A stretch of 64,000 bases of DNA from Candidatus Omnitrophota bacterium (GTDB lineage: Bacteria > Omnitrophota > Gorgyraeia > Duberdicusellales > 4484-171), in assembly GCA_016935525.1 (NCBI GenBank), contig JAFGQU010000004.1:65314-129313 (forward strand), in the 5' to 3' direction. How positions within the stretch are numbered: the first letter of the stretch is position 1; the number at the start of each line of letters is the position of its first letter. Made by a program: the position numbers and the translations under genes. The notes under the pieces were generated by a model, which made no database searches, was not told where the DNA came from, and was given only the letters and a program-made list of their open reading frames with translations. Of the stretch, positions 58,824 through 64,000 are shown piece after piece.

Positions 58824-59849
58824 TTAGACTGAGGAGTGTCTCTGGAAAGCGTAAGAAACTATTTTTTCAAGCAATTTCGGATAGGGGATCCCGGCTTTTT
58901 TTGCCGCTTCAGAAAATTCGTCATCTCTATTTAAAGAAGGATTCGCATTTGCCTCCAGAATATAAATACGCGCATCGGGAGTTACCCGGATATCAAAACG
59001 GGCATATCCGCCCATATTCAATACGCGATACGCTCGTTTAAAGACATCGGTAATACCTTTTTCTAATCCTTGCGGCAGTTTACCGGCGAACATGTTCTTT
59101 ATCCCCCATTTTTCCCGGTAATCGTTATCCCATTTCGCTTTATACGTAGCGATCTGAGGTTCATCATCGGGAAATTTCCCGAATTTCATCTCCCGTAACG
59201 GCAGGATCTTAATACGTTTGTTGCCCATCATACTTACATAGAGTTCCCGGCCGGTGATGTATTCTTCGGCAATCGCATCCATATTCATGTTCTCATGAAT
59301 AAACTTTACCCGTTCGATCAAACCAGCTTCGGAATCAACGACCGAGGCGAGCGAAATACCGCGCGATGCTTCTTCACATAACGGTTTTACGATCAAAGGA
59401 AGCCTCAGGCGTTTTAACAGCCATATCTTATGGTTACGGAAAAAAGCATAAAACCGCGGGACCCGGATACGATGATAACTCAGGATTTTCTTACTGAGCG
59501 CTTTATCGTTACAGATAAAAAGAGTCCCGGAAGAAGCTCCGGTGAAAGGGATCCCGATCAATTCCAAAAGTGAAACCACATTTTTATCTAACTGGGTTTT
59601 TTGAGCGAACACCTCAACAAGATTAAAGATCACATCCGGACGGTTTTCTTTTACCTCCTCTAACAGAGGAGTAATATCATTATATAATCCTAAAAGTGAG
59701 ACCTGATGACCTGAAGACTTCAGGGCTTTATAGGCGTACGCTTCGGTATCCCAGTCCGGATCATTAAAAAATTCGTCTTTAAACTCGTAGCCGCGCGGCG
59801 TAAGATAAGGGACATCAAAAAGAAGCAAAATCTTGAACTTCTTTCTCAT
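58824..59849 (-). CDS. ATP-grasp ligase (D-Ala-D-Ala ligase/RimK-like)
   Basis: ATP-grasp fold with KPLCEEASRGI, EEYITGRE, YILEANANPSL motifs. Confidence 0.7.
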   Translation of the reverse strand: MRKKFKILLLFDVPYLTPRGYEFKDEFFNDPDWDTEAYAYKALKSSGHQVSLLGLYNDITPLLEEVKENRPDVIFNLVEVFAQKTQLDKNVVSLLELIGIPFTGASSGTLFICNDKALSKKILSYHRIRVPRFYAFFRNHKIWLLKRLRLPLIVKPLCEEASRGISLASVVDSEAGLIERVKFIHENMNMDAIAEEYITGRELYVSMMGNKRIKILPLREMKFGKFPDDEPQIATYKAKWDNDYREKWGIKNMFAGKLPQGLEKGITDVFKRAYRVLNMGGYARFDIRVTPDARIYILEANANPSLNRDDEFSEAAKKAGIPYPKLLEKIVSYAFQRHSSV

Positions 59850-60883
59850 CGATCACCTCGAAAATTCCCGGTATAAAGATATTTCATGATCAAACTCGTA
59901 ATATAACTCGATAGATTTAAAATGGTCAAAGCCTCATCCGGTGCGGCTAAAAGCCGAAGCGCACGGCACCGTTCGCCAATAGTATTCAGCAGGTCATCGA
60001 TGATATATTTTTTTTCTCCGGTCCAGGCCGACACGTTGTTACGGATATCTTTTTTATATTTTTTTATCACATCCGCCACAAACCGGGAAGTCTTTTTATC
60101 CTGATCTTCGGTCCAGACCGAAAATATTTTTTTCAGGTTGGCATCGTGAAAATCAGGAAAGTTTTCTTCATAGGAAAGCCGTTTCTTTTTATAAAAGGTT
60201 TTTAAGGTGATCCTCAATTTTGCCGCCGCCCAGTATTTTTTACCGCAAGGCACCTGCGGGGATTTGTCCGCTATATCCTTCATGAGTTCATTCACATACT
60301 CAAGCTTATCCAGCGCTTTCCACCCCTTATATTGAGCGCGCCAATCAAGGTCGGGCGTAAGCCATACGGCAAACGTTTCGGCAAAGTCTTCATCGGGATG
60401 GTATTGAGCGTAATAATCTTCAAGGTGCCTTACGAAATTTTTGCTGTAAGGGCGGAACCGGTAGGTATCTTCATACTCTTTGGAAAAAGGCCCGAATATG
60501 TTATGCCATTTTTTCCGGCGATGGAGTTTAAAAGCGTAATTTATAGCGTGCCCGGTCTCATGCCGTAAGAGTTTCATGCACCACTGTTTTGTCCCACCTT
60601 CGACTTCCAGGACCATCTTTTTTTCCAGTTTCATCAACACCGGATGAGCTAAATAAAAAGGGATCCCCACAACCGGTTCGCCGTCGGGAGTAAGCCATTC
60701 ATCAGCCAGATAACAGACCGGTCGGAATCGAACGCCGTTCTGCTCAAGCTCGCTATAGAGTTGACCGACACAATCCTCAAGCCATGTCCCTTCAAGTCGG
60801 ATAGGCAAGTCGCTGATCTTAAGCCTTAGCAGTTCTTCTTCCTCAAGGAGGGTAAGATCTATTTTTTTATCCGGCATCGGCAC
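59846..60883 (-). CDS. putative HExxH zinc metallopeptidase-like protein
   Basis: HETGHAINY plus a downstream DEDFAETFA (third-ligand-like) motif. Has a 4-nt overlap with the ATP-grasp gene downstream. Confidence 0.5.
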   Translation of the reverse strand: MPMPDKKIDLTLLEEEELLRLKISDLPIRLEGTWLEDCVGQLYSELEQNGVRFRPVCYLADEWLTPDGEPVVGIPFYLAHPVLMKLEKKMVLEVEGGTKQWCMKLLRHETGHAINYAFKLHRRKKWHNIFGPFSKEYEDTYRFRPYSKNFVRHLEDYYAQYHPDEDFAETFAVWLTPDLDWRAQYKGWKALDKLEYVNELMKDIADKSPQVPCGKKYWAAAKLRITLKTFYKKKRLSYEENFPDFHDANLKKIFSVWTEDQDKKTSRFVADVIKKYKKDIRNNVSAWTGEKKYIIDDLLNTIGERCRALRLLAAPDEALTILNLSSYITSLIMKYLYTGNFRGDR

Positions 60884-60887
60884 AAGA

Positions 60888-61502
60888 CTATTTTACCTGA
60901 GTATGGATTATTTTTACGCAATCAAAATAATATACGCCTTTACCCGGCAGGCGCGGTTCGAACTGAAAACTCATGATCGGAAAATCCATTATATCGTTAA
61001 GCTGAGCCGTTTCCGGCTGCCAATCATGACGGGGGAAAAAATGGGCAAACGGACAGACGATATCTTTCCATCCCTTCACATCGTCGGAAAGGAGAAACCG
61101 CCAATATTCGCCTTGCGCATCTTTCACATCAAAAGCGATGACCGCCCCGGAGCCGGCACCGTACATGGAGACCTCAAGAGCGTTATATTTTTTCCAGGAG
61201 ACTTCTTGAGGAGAAACGGTCCAGGCCGCAGCGCCTTTCACGTCTAATCCGTATCCCCGGGCAATCCACATGTATCCGGAAGGAGTCAGATTATACTCGA
61301 TTTTTAACGATTGATTCCCGCATTGAGAAAACTCTTTGCTTGCGCTCACCGTCACCTGCGCTCCTTCTCCTGAGCCGTAATCAACTGTAGAAGCATTAAG
61401 CTCTTCTTCAAAACTATCGATTACTACATCAGGAGCTCCCCCCATGCAACCGGCCAAAAGAATGCATATCCCTGCAATAAAGAACTCTTTTTTACTCAGC
61501 AT
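60888..61502 (-). CDS. lipoprotein, beta-rich (possible carbohydrate-binding-like fold)
   Basis: Lipobox LLAGC. 204 aa. No motif. Confidence 0.4.
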   Translation of the reverse strand: MLSKKEFFIAGICILLAGCMGGAPDVVIDSFEEELNASTVDYGSGEGAQVTVSASKEFSQCGNQSLKIEYNLTPSGYMWIARGYGLDVKGAAAWTVSPQEVSWKKYNALEVSMYGAGSGAVIAFDVKDAQGEYWRFLLSDDVKGWKDIVCPFAHFFPRHDWQPETAQLNDIMDFPIMSFQFEPRLPGKGVYYFDCVKIIHTQVK

Positions 61503-61615
61503 AAATTCCTCCCTCTGTGGTTCTTCTCGTTTTGAGTCGACAGTAAAACCTGCCTGGGTATTTAGAATATATCACCTTAAAAAATGACAACCTTACACAG
61601 ATACGGTCAGAGGGA

Positions 61616-62542
61616 TCACGATACAAGCTTCGATCGTGTTCCTCCCAGAAGACATACTCGGTTTTTCCCCAGTTTCTTTGCTTGATATAATGCTTTATCG
61701 GAAAGTCCCAGCAACTCCTGTTTATCAAACGCATCTTCTCTGAACGTAGCAATACCAATACTGACCGTAATGGCGACGGGAGCATCATCTTCTGTACAAA
61801 ACTCGCTTGTAGCGATGAGATTTACGAGGTTTGCGGCAAGAACCGAAGCGCCTTCTTTATCGGTATGGGGAGCGATAATAATAAACTCTTCTCCTCCGTA
61901 ACGGGCAACAAAATCGGTATTTCGACTGCGTAGGCAAAGGATATTGGCAAGATCCCTTAATACTTTATCACCAAAAGGATGGCCATAGGTATCATTACAT
62001 TTTTTGAAATCATCGACATCGATCATCAATGTTGAAAATTTTTGTTCGTAACGCATGCTCCGGTCAATTTCACGATCCAGGATCTCTTCTAAATAACGCC
62101 GGTTGTATACCTGGGTGAGCGGATCCAATAAAGCCATTTCCTGATAGATCTTTTTCTGTTTTGCTTCTTGGACTAGTTTCTGCCGCTCAATCGCATGCTG
62201 TACTGCCAGCGTCAGCTCATCAAGGTTAAAAGGTTTAGTAATATAATTATCTGCCCCTTTTTTCATCGCTTCGATCGCAAGGGCCATCGATCCATAGGTT
62301 GCCGCAACAATAACGGAAGTTTCCGAATCGAGTTCTTTCAGTTTAGTTAATACTTCGATCCCTTTGATTTCCGGATTATCGACCTCCGTGATGACCACAT
62401 TAAAACTTTTCTGGGCAAAGACCGCCAGAGCCTCTTCAATCGTCCGGGCGATGACCACCTCATATTCTTTATCCAACCACCCGGCCAGAGTATATGCAGT
62501 ATTTTGGTCACTATTTACAATAAGGATCTTCTGTTTTTCCAT
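61616..62542 (-). CDS. response regulator receiver + GGDEF diguanylate cyclase (PleD/WspR-like)
   Basis: REC domain (ILIVNSDQ, phospho-Asp context VVITEVD) followed by GGDEF with the RYGGEEF motif. Start placed at MEKQKILIV. The ORF as reported extends to 62569. Confidence 0.8.
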   Translation of the reverse strand: MEKQKILIVNSDQNTAYTLAGWLDKEYEVVIARTIEEALAVFAQKSFNVVITEVDNPEIKGIEVLTKLKELDSETSVIVAATYGSMALAIEAMKKGADNYITKPFNLDELTLAVQHAIERQKLVQEAKQKKIYQEMALLDPLTQVYNRRYLEEILDREIDRSMRYEQKFSTLMIDVDDFKKCNDTYGHPFGDKVLRDLANILCLRSRNTDFVARYGGEEFIIIAPHTDKEGASVLAANLVNLIATSEFCTEDDAPVAITVSIGIATFREDAFDKQELLGLSDKALYQAKKLGKNRVCLLGGTRSKLVS

Positions 62543-62643
62543 ATATGCTCCTTTTTCAGAAGGACACATACAGCCAATATACGGTTTATCTTATCATAGG
62601 CTTGAGTTTTCGAGAATATTTTTTTCGGTCGTGACGGGATATT

Positions 62644-63909
62644 CTATTTTTTCGAGGAAGAAGAGATCTCTTCGGCGAGTGCGCGATAACTCATATTCCA
62701 CAGCTCTGAGAGGACACGGTAGGATTCCTTGGGAATACGCGGATTTATTCCTTTTTCTTCTTGAGGGTCGATCTTGACGATACCGAACCATTCTTCGTTC
62801 ATATTCATGTTATTGGGAGCGCGGATATCGAAATAATAAGCGCCTTCGGACCATCCCGCTTCGGTATCGTGGTAACACCACCCTTCACTGTATCCTTCAT
62901 TATGTTTCCACCATTCATCCGTCCATTCGAAGATCACCCCGCCCAGACAATTCCCCTGCGGGTTGCCGCCGGGAACCGTATTACTGAAAATATCGCGCCA
63001 CTGCAGGCCCAGATATTCCGCCTGGATACCTTCTCCCGGGACGTTATTCAGAGAATCGTAAGAATCGCAGCCGAATTCCGCAAGTATCACCGGCCGGTCA
63101 AAAGTATAACGTATATTTTCAAATAGATTGCCGAACCGTTTCCCACGATAAGAAAGGACCGCGAGCACGTCGACATCCGGACAAGTCTTTGCCGCCGCGT
63201 TCAGCATACTGATTTCTCCGTTACCGAGAGCGACCGGATGTCGGGAATCGATCTTTTTTATCTCAAGAGCGATTTCATTTACCAACGAATAATATATCTC
63301 GGCCCGCTTCAATACCTGATTATAAGGCGTCTCTATCGCTTCGATCTCCGGGGAAGTCCAGAACCCGATCTTTCCGGAAAAAGTATAGTTGTTCTCATTG
63401 CCGAGGATCCACATCAATACTCCGGGAGAGTCTTTCAATTCCCCTACGATCTTCAACACCCGTTCTTTTACCATCGCCCGGAATGCCTGATCGCTATAGT
63501 TAGGGCCGGGAACCTCCCATAACCCCAGCCAATCGCTCACAATAGTGTAAATCCCGAACTTTTTATACATATCATTGATAAATTCTTTTACCTGATCGAT
63601 CTCAGCCACCGGGACCGAATAGATCCGTACGGCATTCACTCCCATCTTCTTCATAAGTTTACCGTCGGTGAGCCAGGGTTTGGCCGGATCGGAGAAAAAA
63701 CTGTAGTCATACCCTTTACAGACCGGAGTGGGGTTATACACGACCCCTTTGACGACAAAAGGACGGTTACGGACATAAAAACTATACCCGCCCTTGGTGT
63801 TTTTTTTGATTTTTACGGGAGGAGTAGCCGAGGAAAACAGGCCGCCTAAAAAAAGAAAGCAGGCAATACACAGACTGCCTGCTTTCTGAACCGAACGATT
63901 ATTTTTCAT
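62644..63909 (-). CDS. secreted TIM-barrel glycoside hydrolase (clan GH-A; GH5/GH72-like)
   Basis: Signal peptide. Acid/base region WILGNENN and nucleophile region ILAEFGCDSY, in the NE...E arrangement of clan GH-A. Confidence 0.6.
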   Translation of the reverse strand: MKNNRSVQKAGSLCIACFLFLGGLFSSATPPVKIKKNTKGGYSFYVRNRPFVVKGVVYNPTPVCKGYDYSFFSDPAKPWLTDGKLMKKMGVNAVRIYSVPVAEIDQVKEFINDMYKKFGIYTIVSDWLGLWEVPGPNYSDQAFRAMVKERVLKIVGELKDSPGVLMWILGNENNYTFSGKIGFWTSPEIEAIETPYNQVLKRAEIYYSLVNEIALEIKKIDSRHPVALGNGEISMLNAAAKTCPDVDVLAVLSYRGKRFGNLFENIRYTFDRPVILAEFGCDSYDSLNNVPGEGIQAEYLGLQWRDIFSNTVPGGNPQGNCLGGVIFEWTDEWWKHNEGYSEGWCYHDTEAGWSEGAYYFDIRAPNNMNMNEEWFGIVKIDPQEEKGINPRIPKESYRVLSELWNMSYRALAEEISSSSKK

Positions 63910-64000
63910 ATTTTATTTCATCCAGGTAGAATACTACGCCGGCAGGATCATTCACATCAATGTTCGTTGCCCAGGCGAATCCCCCGATGACATAAGAAAG

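Noticed and set aside
60940-60975. GGTTCGAAC T-loop-like string suggestive of a tRNA
   Set aside because: It lies inside a well-formed CDS (lipoprotein 60888..61502). It has no acceptor-stem or anticodon-arm complementarity. No tRNA is called anywhere in the window.
1-64000. CRISPR arrays / rRNA
   Set aside because: There are no regularly spaced direct repeats of 25-40 bp with unique spacers, and no rRNA-like conserved segments. The only dispersed repeats are the MITE-like elements and short AAATCCGAA runs.

Overview
This is a 64 kb bacterial chromosomal window at about 50 % GC. Coding is dense, and apart from a plus-strand block at 30.3-36.7 kb and one gene at 47 kb almost everything lies on the minus strand. 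I found no rRNA, tRNA or CRISPR array. The gene content, in order: (i) 1.6-9.2 kb: L-lactate dehydrogenase; an ArsP-like permease; and a tightly overlapping operon of a CsoR-family copper-sensing repressor, an outer-membrane beta-barrel, an FMN-binding-domain-like protein, an OB-fold lipoprotein and a MacB-type ABC transporter. This operon is preceded by a YHS + CuA-like cupredoxin gene whose promoter carries a perfect ATACCCCC-N-GGGGGTAT CsoR-type operator. (ii) 9-26 kb: glycogen phosphorylase, CorA, a GT4 glycosyltransferase, NrnA and a PAS histidine kinase. Then a glycogen/alpha-glucan island with three GH57 proteins (one a GH57 branching enzyme), a short NDP-sugar pyrophosphorylase, DUF4912, a glycogen-synthase-like glycosyltransferase and a CBM48 protein. 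(iii) 27-30 kb: Maf, a methyltransferase and an NDH-2/SQR-DoxX pair. (iv) 30-38 kb: a carotenoid/isoprenoid cluster (UbiA prenyltransferase, CPBP protease, GGPP-type polyprenyl synthase, the two halves of a heterodimeric lycopene cyclase, crtB overlapping ispH, crtI). (v) 38-49 kb: a complete Pho regulon block (phoU, pstBACS, porin, phoR, phoB, divergent Na/Pi cotransporter). (vi) 49-64 kb: an EF-G paralog, an HD hydrolase, an AT-rich islet with an orphan PIN-domain gene, a SpoU methyltransferase, an ABC-F ATPase, two GGDEF proteins, an RlpA-like protein, an ATP-grasp + HExxH peptidase pair and a secreted TIM-barrel glycoside hydrolase. Outside the CDSs I found a MITE-like repeat family of about 230-240 bp with 'ACCACAGAG...CTCTGTGGT' terminal inverted repeats, present in three copies (33.1 kb, 57.7 kb partial, 58.5 kb). 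All functional calls come from motifs I recognised by eye; no database search was run.
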